From contig CBDCDC010000002.1 of assembly GCA_965215195.1 (NCBI GenBank), forward strand, positions 2,720,001 to 2,784,000: 64,000 nt of DNA, in the 5' to 3' direction. The notes below the pieces were generated by a model. The model was not told where the DNA came from, searched no databases, and saw nothing but the letters and a program-made list of their open reading frames with translations. Position 1 is the stretch's first letter, and each line of letters begins with the position of its first letter. Below are positions 26,445-36,133 of the stretch, piece after piece. This DNA is from Candidatus Latescibacterota bacterium (lineage in GTDB: Bacteria > Latescibacterota > UBA2968 > UBA8231). Made by a program: the position numbers and the translations under genes.

Positions 26445-29400
26445 TCACCGAATTTGACGAATCTGATCGATCTTCTTGTCGAGCCGCTTGGGGGAAATCG
26501 GGTGGGCGGTGCCTAGCTCTTGGGCGAAGACTGAGACGCGATATTCCTCCAGCATCCAGCGCAATTCCTCGATTTGGGCCTCTCGCCCGGGCGAATGGGT
26601 CTCCCCGGCGAGCTTTTCCAACTGACTCTGGTACACCTCGATCAACTCGGCCTTCTGCGCGTCCTTGCGCGGGTCGGTCGCAGCGCGCTCAGTGCGCACC
26701 TCGACGGCTTTGAGGTAGCGGAGCAGATGGCTAAGACGGTGGTAGGGAACGCGGGCGAGGAAGTCGTCTGGCAGCAGTCGCTCTAAGTCCGCGTCCAGCC
26801 CGCGATAGGCCCGGCTCGCAAGGCGAATTGCCCGGCGGGCTTCGAGCAGGCTATCGACCAAGGAGATGAAGCGCGGGGCCAAGCCGCGCAGCCGCAACTT
26901 GGCCTGTGCGAGCGTTGCGTCGAAATCCTCTTGGCGCAGGGGTAGGATTTGCTCGCGGTGGAAGAGATAGCGCTCGAGATGTTCAAATGCTTGGGTGCGC
27001 AACTCTAGGGAACTGCCTTGGTAGCGCACTTTGAACTGGGCCAGCTCCTTGAGTTCGCGGCGCAGCCACGCTAGCTCGTCGCGCAACGCTAAGGCACAGA
27101 GGCCGAAAAAACCCTCCTGCGAGCGGGTTTCGGCTTCGGCGCGACTTTTGTAGAGCCGCAGCGACACGCCGCCTTCGTCGCGGCGGAGGCCGGGCCATCC
27201 ATAAAGGGGCACCCCGCCCGCTTGGGTCACCTCTATTCGCTCGGGCAGGTCGCCGAAATCCCAAGTAGCTATTCCTTCCCGTTCCCACTGTTGGGCCACC
27301 TTTTTCCAAGCGTCGAGCTCGACTGGGGTGTCGTGCTGTTCGAGGCGTTGAGTCAGTTGCTGCAAATCGCGGCCGGCCGCGACGGATTGCTCGTTAGTGC
27401 CTTGGATATCGACGCGCATCTTGAGGTGGTCGGGCAGGTCGTCGGCGTTCCAGTCCGACGCTTGGATTTGGATCCAGTAGTGCTGGCGAATGTGTTCCTG
27501 CAACGACTGCAAAAAGGTGGGGTGGGTCGGTTTGAGATCCGCGGCGATGCGTTGGGCCTTTGCGGGGATCGGCACTAGTTGCTTGCGGATGGACTTGGGC
27601 AACGAGCGCAGCAGGGCGGTAATTTTTTCTTCGAGCAGGCCCGGCACCAGCCACTCGAGTATTTCTGGATCCACGGCATGGGCCAGCTTGTAGGGCACTT
27701 TGACGGTGATGCCGTCCTCGTCTTGCCCCGGGCGATAGGCGTAGCTGAGGGCTAGTTTATTGCCGTCGAGGTCAAGTGCGTCTGGGAAGGCCTGCTGCTC
27801 GAAGTCGGTGCGAGTGGTGCCGAGCAAGTCTTCCTCCTGCATCATCAGGAAGTCGTCGGCTTTGTCTTTGAGGAATCGGTTGAGGTCGGGCAGCGAGGAA
27901 ACATCGTCGAGGTGCTGGGCGTAAAAGCGGGCCGCGACCTCTTCGACGTGGACATCGGCCAAGCCGCGAGCGCGGGTCTGCCAAGTTTCGATCTTCTGAC
28001 ACAGGCGAATGTTGTGCGCGAGAAACTTGTGCGGAGTATGCACTGTCCCGGGCACCAACGCCTCGCGGATGAATATCTCGGTGGCCTCGCGGGCGTTGAT
28101 GCGGCTATAAGGGATGCGGCGGCTGAGCACTTCGAGGCCGTAGAGGGTCAGCTTTTCGCGCACCAGCACCCGTCCCGAGCGCGGGTTGAAGTAGGGCTGG
28201 TCGTAGGAAGCGCGGCACAGGTGGCTGCCTAGCTCAGCGAGCCATTCGGGCTGGATGCGAGCGACGGTGCGGGCGAACAGGCGCGAGGTTTCGACGATCT
28301 CGGCCGCGACTAGCCACCCGGGTGGCCCGCCCGTGGCCGGCTTCTTGCCCTTGTTGGGGCGGAAGAGTCCCGAGCCGGGAAAAATCATCACTTCGCGGTT
28401 GCGCGCTGCCTGATAGACATTGCCCTCCTCTTGGCGCGCCACACTCGAAAGCAGGCCGGTGAGTACCGCGCGGTGGATCGCGTCGTACCCGGCGGGTGCT
28501 CGGTTGAAGCGGAAGCCTTTTATCTCGTTCAGTGCCTCGCGGAGCTGCGCGTGGATATCGCGCCATTCGCGCATCCGCATATAGGAGAGAAAGTGCGCCT
28601 TGCAGAATTTGCGTAGCTGGTTCTGGGAGGCGCGTTCCACTTGGTCGTGATAGGCGTTCCAGATGTTGAGATAGCCTAGGAAATCGGAATTTTTGTCGTG
28701 GAACTGCCGGTGCATTTGGTCGGCCGCATCCTGCTCTTCGAGAGGCCGCTCGCGCGGATCTTGAATGCTGATGGCCGCGGCAATGACGAGCACTTCGGAC
28801 AGGGCTTGCTCCTCGCGGGCTTGGAGCAGCATCCGCGAGACCGTGGGGTCGATGGGCAGGCGCGCCATGGCGCGGCCAATGGAAGTAAGGGCGCGGTTTT
28901 CGTCGAGGGCGTTGAGCTGGCGCAGGAGTTGGAAACCGCCGGCGATAGCGGCTTTTGCCGGGGGGTCGATAAAGGGAAACGCCTCGACGTTCCCCAACTT
29001 GAGATTAATCATCCGCAGGATGACCTCGGCGAGATTGGCGCGCTGAATCTCGGGCTGGGTGTATTCGGGGCGCGAGAGAAAGTCCTGCTCCGAGTAGAGG
29101 CGAATGCACACTCCGTCGGCAACCCGCCCGCAACGCCCCTCCCGTTGGCGGGCACTGCTCTGCGAAATCGGTTCGATCGGCAGGCGCTGGGTGTGGGTGC
29201 GGGGATTGTAGCGCGACAGACGCGCCAAGCCGGTATCTACGACGTAGCGGATGCCGGGGATGGTCAGGGAAGTCTCGGCGATATTGGTGGCCAACACTAC
29301 GCGGCGGCGGTCCCCCGGGGCGAATACGCGCTGCTGCTCTCCGGCGGTTAGGCGGCCAAACAGCGGCAAAATCTCGACGCCGCGCAACTTGCGCCCTTCG

Positions 29401-30326
29401 AGCCGTTCGCGGGTCTCGCGGATGTCGCGCTCGGACGGCAGAAAGACCAAGAGGTCGCCCTGCCGCGACGCGCGCACTATTTCTTCTACCGCATTGGCGG
29501 CCGCATCCAAATACGTGTAGTCGCCGCGGTCCTGCAGCACCTCGTCGAGCGGCCAGTAGCGGACCTCGACCGGGAACATCCGGCCCGAGACCTCAATGAC
29601 GGGCGCGTCGTCAAAGGCCCGGGAGAAGGTTGCGGCGTCAATGGTGGCCGAAGTGATGACGATCTTGAGATCGGGCCGCTTGCGACGCAAAAGCCGCAGG
29701 TAGCCGAGCAAGAAGTCGATATTGAGGCTGCGCTCGTGGGCCTCATCCACGATAATGGTGTCGTATTCGAGCAAATCCGGGTCGGTTTGGGTCTCGGCCA
29801 GCAAAATGCCGTCGGTCATTACCTTGATGTAGGTCTCGGGCGCAGTCTGATCGCGGAAGCGGATTTTGCAGCCGACATCGCGGCCATAGGTCACCTTGAG
29901 CTCTTCGGCAATGCGCCGGGCGATGGAGAAAGCGGCGACGCGACGCGGCTGGGTGACCCCGATGCGAGCGGCCTCGCCTCGGCCGGCCTCTAGGCAAATT
30001 TTGGGCAATTGAGTGCTCTTGCCCGAGCCGGTCTCGCCGACGACGACCACCACCGGATGCGCCCGGATCGCCGCGAGGATTTCGTTCTTGCGGTCGCTGA
30101 TGGGCAGGGCGGGTGGGTAGGTGGGGGTCGGGCGGGTGGCGCGTAGTTTTTCGCGGCGATGGGCCGAGCGGCGGGCCTGGCCTAAGAGGCGATCAACTTC
30201 TCCCGGATCGAGGCGACCCCGACGCTTCAGACGGCGTTCGATGCGCACCCGATCCTCGAGCATACACTGCGGTAGGAGGGTTTTAAGCGCGGCGATGGGA
30301 TGGGGTTTGGTAGGCGATTGATGCAA
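26445..30326 (-). CDS. hrpA: ATP-dependent RNA helicase HrpA
   Basis: GETGSGKST, DEAH, SAT, ATNIAETSLT, QREGRCGR; C-terminal EEYRVSVFAQELGT..PIS.KR. Confidence 0.93.
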   Translation of the reverse strand: MHQSPTKPHPIAALKTLLPQCMLEDRVRIERRLKRRGRLDPGEVDRLLGQARRSAHRREKLRATRPTPTYPPALPISDRKNEILAAIRAHPVVVVVGETGSGKSTQLPKICLEAGRGEAARIGVTQPRRVAAFSIARRIAEELKVTYGRDVGCKIRFRDQTAPETYIKVMTDGILLAETQTDPDLLEYDTIIVDEAHERSLNIDFLLGYLRLLRRKRPDLKIVITSATIDAATFSRAFDDAPVIEVSGRMFPVEVRYWPLDEVLQDRGDYTYLDAAANAVEEIVRASRQGDLLVFLPSERDIRETRERLEGRKLRGVEILPLFGRLTAGEQQRVFAPGDRRRVVLATNIAETSLTIPGIRYVVDTGLARLSRYNPRTHTQRLPIEPISQSSARQREGRCGRVADGVCIRLYSEQDFLSRPEYTQPEIQRANLAEVILRMINLKLGNVEAFPFIDPPAKAAIAGGFQLLRQLNALDENRALTSIGRAMARLPIDPTVSRMLLQAREEQALSEVLVIAAAISIQDPRERPLEEQDAADQMHRQFHDKNSDFLGYLNIWNAYHDQVERASQNQLRKFCKAHFLSYMRMREWRDIHAQLREALNEIKGFRFNRAPAGYDAIHRAVLTGLLSSVARQEEGNVYQAARNREVMIFPGSGLFRPNKGKKPATGGPPGWLVAAEIVETSRLFARTVARIQPEWLAELGSHLCRASYDQPYFNPRSGRVLVREKLTLYGLEVLSRRIPYSRINAREATEIFIREALVPGTVHTPHKFLAHNIRLCQKIETWQTRARGLADVHVEEVAARFYAQHLDDVSSLPDLNRFLKDKADDFLMMQEEDLLGTTRTDFEQQAFPDALDLDGNKLALSYAYRPGQDEDGITVKVPYKLAHAVDPEILEWLVPGLLEEKITALLRSLPKSIRKQLVPIPAKAQRIAADLKPTHPTFLQSLQEHIRQHYWIQIQASDWNADDLPDHLKMRVDIQGTNEQSVAAGRDLQQLTQRLEQHDTPVELDAWKKVAQQWEREGIATWDFGDLPERIEVTQAGGVPLYGWPGLRRDEGGVSLRLYKSRAEAETRSQEGFFGLCALALRDELAWLRRELKELAQFKVRYQGSSLELRTQAFEHLERYLFHREQILPLRQEDFDATLAQAKLRLRGLAPRFISLVDSLLEARRAIRLASRAYRGLDADLERLLPDDFLARVPYHRLSHLLRYLKAVEVRTERAATDPRKDAQKAELIEVYQSQLEKLAGETHSPGREAQIEELRWMLEEYRVSVFAQELGTAHPISPKRLDKKIDQIRQIR

Positions 30327-30492
30327 AATTTACAAGAGGTTACGGCGTTTTGTGTCGGCGCACAAAATGTACGGTAGCGGTCGCATGGTGGCAAATGCGA
30401 GGGCGGGTATTACTTTTTCGTCGCCCAACTCAGGGACGACGAATGATCACCGCCGTCGATACATGTTCAGATTGGCCTCTAGCGCGGCCTAT

Positions 30493-31761
30493 TCAGGCGT
30501 CGGTGCGCCACAGGCGCGGTACCGGGCTGGTGGCTTGGCGGTCGGGCAGGTGCCAGTAGGGTTCTTCGGCTGGGATTTCTTGTAGGTGCGGGCAGGTCAT
30601 GCCGTGGCGGTCCCACACCACCTCGCCGGCGCGCAGGGTCAGGGCGCATTCGAGGCGGTGCCGGGCCTCGATACAGGCCCAGCCGCAGTCGCGAAAGTAG
30701 AAGTTGCCCTCGAGGACGCCCAGCACGGCGACATCGGCCTCAGAACCGGGCGTCAAAGTCCCCAGCTCGGGCCGGCGGATGGCGTGGGCCGGGGTGACGG
30801 TGGAGCGGTAGATCACTTCCTGTAAGGGCATGTCCATGGCCAAGCACTTGGACATGGTATCGAGCATGGAGTGGACGTGGCCGTTGATATTACCCATGTG
30901 CAGGTCGGTGCTGATCGAGTCGGGTGGGAAGCGGTCGGCGATGGCCGGTATGGCGGCGCGGTACCAAAAGCTGGCCGCTCCGTGGCCGAGGTCGAAGTGG
31001 ATGCTCTTTTGCCGCGCCTCGCGCATGTAGTCGTACACCGCGCCGTTTTCATCGACGACCGGGAACTGGCGGGCAAAGACGTGGGTGTGGATGTCGCCGG
31101 GGCGCAGGTGCTCGAGGAGGAGATCGGGATAGGAGCGCTCGGGCGGGCGCGGCCAAAAGTCAACCATCACCGGCATTTTACAGCGCTCGCCAGCCTCGAC
31201 GGCCGCGTCAACCGAGGCCCAAGGCGGATGCTCGTCGTCAAAGGGCTTGGTGGTCCAATAGTGGGCGGTTTTGATGCCGACGCACACGTCGTCGTGGGCC
31301 GCGGCCATTTCGGCCGCCTGCTGGGGGTCGAGGTTGGCGACGACTTGTTCGGGAGGGCCCATGCCTGGGGCGGCAATGTTGACATAGGCGAACATGCGGA
31401 TCGTGGAGTGGTCGATCACGGTCTCGCGGAAGTGCTCGAACTCCTCGGCACCGGCCGTGCCCGTATCGACGCAGGTCGTAACGCCCTCTTTGAGGAAGTG
31501 GGCGTCGGCGTTGAGGCTGCCCACCATTAGGCCGGGTTTGCAGGCGCGGGTATGGTACGTATGAACGTGGATGTCGAGCAGGCCCGGCACCACGACGAGA
31601 TTGCCCACGTCGATTACGCGGTGGGCGTCCGCAGGAGGAATGTCCTCTTCGACGCGGGCGATGCGGCCGTCGAGTACGCCGACGTCGCAGACGCCATCGA
31701 CATCGTTGGCAGGATCGATTACGTGGCCGCCTTTGAGCAGCATTTCGAGCTTGCGGGGCAT
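30493..31761 (-). CDS. Amidohydrolase / dihydroorotase-like metallohydrolase
   Basis: PGLLDIHVH, DTGTAG, GDIHTH, DLGHG, ISTDLH. Start set at ATG 31761. Confidence 0.88.
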   Translation of the reverse strand: MPRKLEMLLKGGHVIDPANDVDGVCDVGVLDGRIARVEEDIPPADAHRVIDVGNLVVVPGLLDIHVHTYHTRACKPGLMVGSLNADAHFLKEGVTTCVDTGTAGAEEFEHFRETVIDHSTIRMFAYVNIAAPGMGPPEQVVANLDPQQAAEMAAAHDDVCVGIKTAHYWTTKPFDDEHPPWASVDAAVEAGERCKMPVMVDFWPRPPERSYPDLLLEHLRPGDIHTHVFARQFPVVDENGAVYDYMREARQKSIHFDLGHGAASFWYRAAIPAIADRFPPDSISTDLHMGNINGHVHSMLDTMSKCLAMDMPLQEVIYRSTVTPAHAIRRPELGTLTPGSEADVAVLGVLEGNFYFRDCGWACIEARHRLECALTLRAGEVVWDRHGMTCPHLQEIPAEEPYWHLPDRQATSPVPRLWRTDA

Positions 31762-31944
31762 GGCTTTTCCGTTCCGTAGAGAGCGAAAATCACAAAATAG
31801 GCCGGGCCAAAGGGAGGGGCAAATGGGGTTGTTGACAATGGTTAGACGCTTGGAGTACAATTTATAGCTTCATATATTCATATAGAAGCCCTCTCGTACA
31901 TGCCACCAACCCCATAGGCCAGCCTCTACGCTGGTCTAAACGAC

Positions 31945-31969
31945 GGGCGACCACGAGGGTCGCCCCTAC
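31945..31969 (-). repeat. GTAG-type REP-like palindrome
   Basis: Minus strand reads GTAG-GGGCGACCC-TCGT-GGTCGCCC (tetranucleotide plus hairpin). Confidence 0.55.
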
Positions 31970-32011
31970 ATACATGACGTATTTAGACGTTTATGAGATA
32001 ATTTCTAGTAA

Positions 32012-33331
32012 ATGCGACGCCTTATCTACACACTCCTAATTTTGTCGGCCGGCAGTGCCCACGCTCAGACCGTCTATCGCGTCCACCTCAAGTTAGAGGG
32101 CATGATCGACCCGGGCGTGGCCGCCTTTGTCGAGCGCGTGATCGCCGAGGCCGACGAGACCGATGCCGACGCAATCGTCTTTGAGATCGATACCTTTGGC
32201 GGGCGCGTCGATGCGGCCACTGTGATCCGCGACGCCATCCTCGACGCCGAAACCCTGACCGTCGCCTTTATCAACAAGCGGGCGATTTCGGCCGGAGCAC
32301 TCATCTCGCTAGCCTGCGACAAGATCGTCATGACGCAAGCCTCAACCATGGGCGCAACCACCCCGGTCGATGCCACGGGCACCAAAGCCAGCGACAAGGT
32401 GACCTCCTATATGCGTGCCGAGATGCGCGCCACGGCCGAGCGCACCGGCCGCGACGTCAAAATTGCCGAGGCCATGGTAGATGAGCGCGTCGATGTGCCG
32501 GGCCTGAGCGCCGAGGCCGGCCGGCCGGCCACCCTGACCACCGAGCAGGCGCTCAACTACCAGATGGCCGACGAGACGGCCGAGACCCTAATCGAACTGT
32601 TGCGCATCTACGATCTAGGCGAGGCCGAAGTCGTGGAAGTTGAGCTCAACTGGGCCGAGCACGTCTTGCGCCTCCTGACCCACCCGATTGTCACTTCGAT
32701 TTTGCTAGCTGTGGCCATGTTCGGCTTAATCGCCGAGGTGCGCACACCCGGTTGGGGCTTGGGCGGTACGCTCGCACTGGTGGCGCTGGGGCTTTTCTTC
32801 GGCAGCCACCTGATCGTCCACTTGGCGGAGTGGCAGGAGCTGGCGCTTTTTGCTGTGGGCGCGACGCTTTTGGTCGTCGAGCTAGTGGCCATTCCGGGCT
32901 TTGGCATTGTGGGCCTGTTGGGTATCGGGGCGATGATTGCGAGCGTGGTGATTGCCCAGTTGGGCGACTTTCAATTGTGGAGTTTCGACGAAATTGCCTC
33001 GGTGATCGGGCGTCTCGCCGGCTCGATGATCGGTGCTTTTGTACTCTCGCTCATCGCGTTGCGCTCCCTGCCCAAATTCGCGGCCTTCAACCGCCTCATA
33101 CTCCACAACGAAATCAGGGCCGCCGACGGGTACACTTCCTCCTCGCGCAAGACCGACGAGGACCTGTTGGGCAAGGAGGGGGTCACGGTCAGCTACCTGC
33201 GGCCCTCGGGTATAGCCCTGTTTGAGGGCCAGCGGCTCACCGTGATCGCCGAGGGCGAATTCATCGAGGCGCAGCGGCCCGTTAAAGTAGTAGAAGCCCG
33301 CGGCAGTCGAGTGGTGGTGAAGCCACTATGA
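32012..33331 (+). CDS. nfeD: NfeD1/YqeZ-type membrane-bound serine protease
   Basis: IDTFGG, AISAGALISL (ClpP-like), TM region, C-terminal OB fold (LRPSG...VIAEGEFI). Confidence 0.88.
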   Translation: MRRLIYTLLILSAGSAHAQTVYRVHLKLEGMIDPGVAAFVERVIAEADETDADAIVFEIDTFGGRVDAATVIRDAILDAETLTVAFINKRAISAGALISLACDKIVMTQASTMGATTPVDATGTKASDKVTSYMRAEMRATAERTGRDVKIAEAMVDERVDVPGLSAEAGRPATLTTEQALNYQMADETAETLIELLRIYDLGEAEVVEVELNWAEHVLRLLTHPIVTSILLAVAMFGLIAEVRTPGWGLGGTLALVALGLFFGSHLIVHLAEWQELALFAVGATLLVVELVAIPGFGIVGLLGIGAMIASVVIAQLGDFQLWSFDEIASVIGRLAGSMIGAFVLSLIALRSLPKFAAFNRLILHNEIRAADGYTSSSRKTDEDLLGKEGVTVSYLRPSGIALFEGQRLTVIAEGEFIEAQRPVKVVEARGSRVVVKPL

Positions 33332-33837
33332 GCTTTCTAGGGGGGGAGGTGTTGGAATGGGTTTATTCGCTGGCCTTGCTAGTGCTCGGCTTTGTGCTGG
33401 TGCTCTTGGAAATTTTCGTCATCCCAGGGCTCAATATCTTCGGAATCGTTGGTTTTCTGACCGCGGTCGCCGGCATTGGTTATGCCTATGTGAATATGGG
33501 CGGCTTGGCGGCTGGCGTCGTGGCGGGCTTGGGGCTTGTGGGGACCGCCATCTTGGTGAGACAGATGCTCAAGGTCCGCGCTTGGAACCGCTTAGTGCTC
33601 AACGATGGCATGACGCGCAAGGCCGGCTACGATTCGGTCAAGCCTGGCCGCGAGGCATTGCTCGGTCAGACGGGCGAGGCCGTTACGACGCTGCGGCCAG
33701 CGGGGCGGGCGCAATTTGGCGAACGGGTAGTCGACGTAGTCAGCGAGGGTGGCTATATTGAACGCGGTGAGCAGGTCAAGGTATTGAAAGTGGCTGGCAA
33801 CAGAGTCGTGGTTCAGTCAGTTCACTCCGAGTCTTAG
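33328..33837 (+). CDS. Short NfeD-family protein
   Basis: LEIFVIPG, 3 TM segments, C-terminal LRPAG...DVVSEGGYI. Confidence 0.85.
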   Translation: MSFLGGEVLEWVYSLALLVLGFVLVLLEIFVIPGLNIFGIVGFLTAVAGIGYAYVNMGGLAAGVVAGLGLVGTAILVRQMLKVRAWNRLVLNDGMTRKAGYDSVKPGREALLGQTGEAVTTLRPAGRAQFGERVVDVVSEGGYIERGEQVKVLKVAGNRVVVQSVHSES

Positions 33838-33861
33838 TTTACTCCCTTCAAGGAGCTAATA

Positions 33862-34845
33862 ATGGAAGTCTTACCTTTGGTCTTGGTGCTTTTTGGCATC
33901 ATCATCTTTTTGTCGCTCTTCACCTATTTCATTCCGGTGGGGCTGTGGATTTCGGCCTTTTTCGCCGGAGTCAAGGTGGCAATTTTCAAGGATCTAGTGG
34001 GTATGAGGTTGCGCAAGGTGCCGCCCGGACAGATCGTCGGCCCCAAGATCAGTGCCACGAAGGCCGGGCTGGATGTCGGCTTGGAGAGCATGGAAGCCCA
34101 CTACTTGGCCGGCGGCAACGTCAACGCGGTGATTTTGGCGCTGATCTCGGCCGACAAGGCCAACATCGATCTGAGCTTTGAACGCGCGGCCAGCATCGAC
34201 TTGGCGGGCCGCGACGTGCTCGACGCGGTCAAAGTCAGCGTCAATCCCAAGGTGATCAACACGCCCCTTATTGCGGCGATTGCCAAAGACGGCATTCAAG
34301 TCAAGGCCACCTGCCGAGTGACCGTGCGCGCCAATATCGACCGCTTAGTCGGCGGCGCGGGCGAGGAGACGATCATCGCCCGGGTCGGCGAAGGGATCGT
34401 CACCACCATCGGTTCGGCTACGACGCACAAAGAGGTGCTCGAAAATCCCGATCTGATCTCCCGGCGCGTGCTGGAAAAGGGCCTCGACTCGGAGACGGCC
34501 TTTGAGATTCTCTCCATCGACATTGCCGACGTCGATGTGGGCGAAAACATCGGTGCCAAACTACAGACCGATCAGGCGGATGCCGATCTCAAAATCGCCC
34601 AAGCCAAGGCCGAGGAACGCCGGGCCATGGCCCAGGCGCGCGAGCAGGAGATGACGGCTCAAGTCGTAGAAATGGAGTCGCGAGTCAAGGAAGCCGAGGC
34701 CGAGGTGCCACGCGCAATGGCCGAGGCCTTCCGCGAGGGCAACTTGGGCATTATGGACTACTACCGCATGCGCAATATCCAAGCCGACACGGATATGCGC
34801 GACTCAATTTCCGAAAGCGGCGAGGACCGCGACCGCGATAACTAG
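33862..34845 (+). CDS. floA: Flotillin-like protein FloA (YqfA/UPF0365)
   Basis: [59 protein letters not shown]. Confidence 0.93.
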   Translation: MEVLPLVLVLFGIIIFLSLFTYFIPVGLWISAFFAGVKVAIFKDLVGMRLRKVPPGQIVGPKISATKAGLDVGLESMEAHYLAGGNVNAVILALISADKANIDLSFERAASIDLAGRDVLDAVKVSVNPKVINTPLIAAIAKDGIQVKATCRVTVRANIDRLVGGAGEETIIARVGEGIVTTIGSATTHKEVLENPDLISRRVLEKGLDSETAFEILSIDIADVDVGENIGAKLQTDQADADLKIAQAKAEERRAMAQAREQEMTAQVVEMESRVKEAEAEVPRAMAEAFREGNLGIMDYYRMRNIQADTDMRDSISESGEDRDRDN

Positions 34846-34848
34846 TCC

Positions 34849-35301
34849 ATGGAACTCCTACTCTTTCTCCTCGCCATCCTGTTCAGCGTGTTTTCGGCGC
34901 TGATGGAGCGTCGCCGGCGCCGCAAACAGCTCGAAGAGGCACAACAGCAACACGCCGAGGTCAATCCGGCCGCCCCTGTTGTCGCCGAGGAGAAGAAGGA
35001 AGAAGAGCCGTCCTTTGGGTGGCCTTTTGACGGCGATCCCTTTGAGGAGCCGGTTCCCCCAGCCGAGGCTGAGCAGGAGGCACTAGAAGCCGAGCGACAG
35101 GCACTAGAGGCCGAGCGGCGCGCTGTGGCGGCTGAGAAGCAGGCCATGGAGCGGCCAACAGAGACCAAGCCCGAGGATTCAGGCGAGGAGCGGCCGCTTC
35201 ACACCCGGAGTCGTTGGTTCCTCACCCCTCAGACAGCGCGCGACGCGATCGTCTATATGGAAATCCTCGGCAAGCCTAAGAGCGAACGAGAGGAGTGGTA
35301 A
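34849..35301 (+). CDS. Hypothetical membrane protein (YqfB positional equivalent)
   Basis: N-terminal TM, Glu-rich body, C-terminal RDAIVYMEILGKPK; follows floA. Confidence 0.65.
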   Translation: MELLLFLLAILFSVFSALMERRRRRKQLEEAQQQHAEVNPAAPVVAEEKKEEEPSFGWPFDGDPFEEPVPPAEAEQEALEAERQALEAERRAVAAEKQAMERPTETKPEDSGEERPLHTRSRWFLTPQTARDAIVYMEILGKPKSEREEW

Positions 35302-35309
35302 ATGGTATA

Positions 35310-35396
35310 GCCGGAGTGGCGGAATTGGTAGACGCGCTGGATTCAAAATCCTGTATCCACAAGGGTGTGTGGGTTCGAGTCCCACCTCCGGCACCA
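35310..35396 (+). tRNA. tRNA-Leu (CAA)
   Basis: GCCGGAG/CTCCGGC acceptor stem plus ACCA; anticodon loop TT-CAA-AA; long variable arm; GGTTCGAGTCC T-arm. Confidence 0.95.
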
Positions 35397-35434
35397 TTTA
35401 TTAATCACTGCAAGCGAAAAAGAGATAAACCGCC

Positions 35435-35593
35435 GTGACATCTCCAGAAGTAAGGCGCATCCTCGACATCGTCTCGGTACTCGTTCTGCTGATTGTCATT
35501 CCGGCGTACATCTTATCCCGCCTAAAATTCGTTCTGCTGATTGCAGTTCCAGCGGTTTACATCTGTTGCCGCCTAAAGTCGCATACTGACTAA
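35435..35593 (+). CDS. Possible 52-aa hydrophobic peptide with an internal duplication
   Basis: Manual translation from GTG: MTSPEVRRILDIVSVLVLLIVIPAYILSRLKFVLLIAVPAVYICCRLKSHTD. Confidence 0.4.
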   Translation: MTSPEVRRILDIVSVLVLLIVIPAYILSRLKFVLLIAVPAVYICCRLKSHTD

Positions 35594-35617
35594 CGCGATT
35601 CCCGTCAAATTTCGCGG

Positions 35618-35758
35618 CTACCGCACTAGCCGCTTGTCAAGCAGGTGCGGTTCAAGCGCCGCGACTTCCACCCCTTTCACATCCGAATGCGCTGGATTGA
35701 TCAGCACATTTGCTGAGGGTACGCGCAGCAGCAAGTACCGCCTTTCCGCCCGCCGCAT
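35618..35758 (-). pseudogene. RES-domain (ParT/MbcT-like) toxin remnant
   Basis: 46 aa MRRAERRYLLLRVPSANVLINPAHSDV...LDKRLVR retains only the C-terminal RES motifs. Its ATG overlaps the antitoxin stop (TGATG). Confidence 0.7.
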
Positions 35759-36093
35759 CAGGCGAATACCCTGTCCTCCATCCGGCCCAACTCATCCAAA
35801 ACCATATCTGCGCCGAAACGCGAGTAGAGCAATTCGAGCGGCTCTTTGTTGCCCAGCACCACGCAGGGTTGTTTGAGCCAACACAGGAAGTGGTCGCGGT
35901 CCTCAAAGACAGCTACCCCTCTGGCCGCGACGCTGGCGATCTGAATAAGCTCTTCGGAGACGGCCCTGGCGTCGCCGGGTCGCTGCACCGTGCGTTCGCT
36001 AATGGGCAGCAGGCGAATGAGCTGTCCCGGCGATATATCGAGATATTCCGCTAGTTTTATCAACTCCGACCGCGCAATGCCTCGATTGCTCAT
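35758..36093 (-). CDS. Xre/MbcA/ParS antitoxin, probably N-terminally truncated
   Basis: LLPISERTVQR HTH; VFEDRDHFLCWLKQP...LGNKEPLELL...FGADMVLDELGRME. Confidence 0.75.
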   Translation of the reverse strand: MSNRGIARSELIKLAEYLDISPGQLIRLLPISERTVQRPGDARAVSEELIQIASVAARGVAVFEDRDHFLCWLKQPCVVLGNKEPLELLYSRFGADMVLDELGRMEDRVFA

Positions 36094-36133
36094 TTCAATT
36101 ATGGCGACGCCTGTCTTATAACCAATGGTGCTA

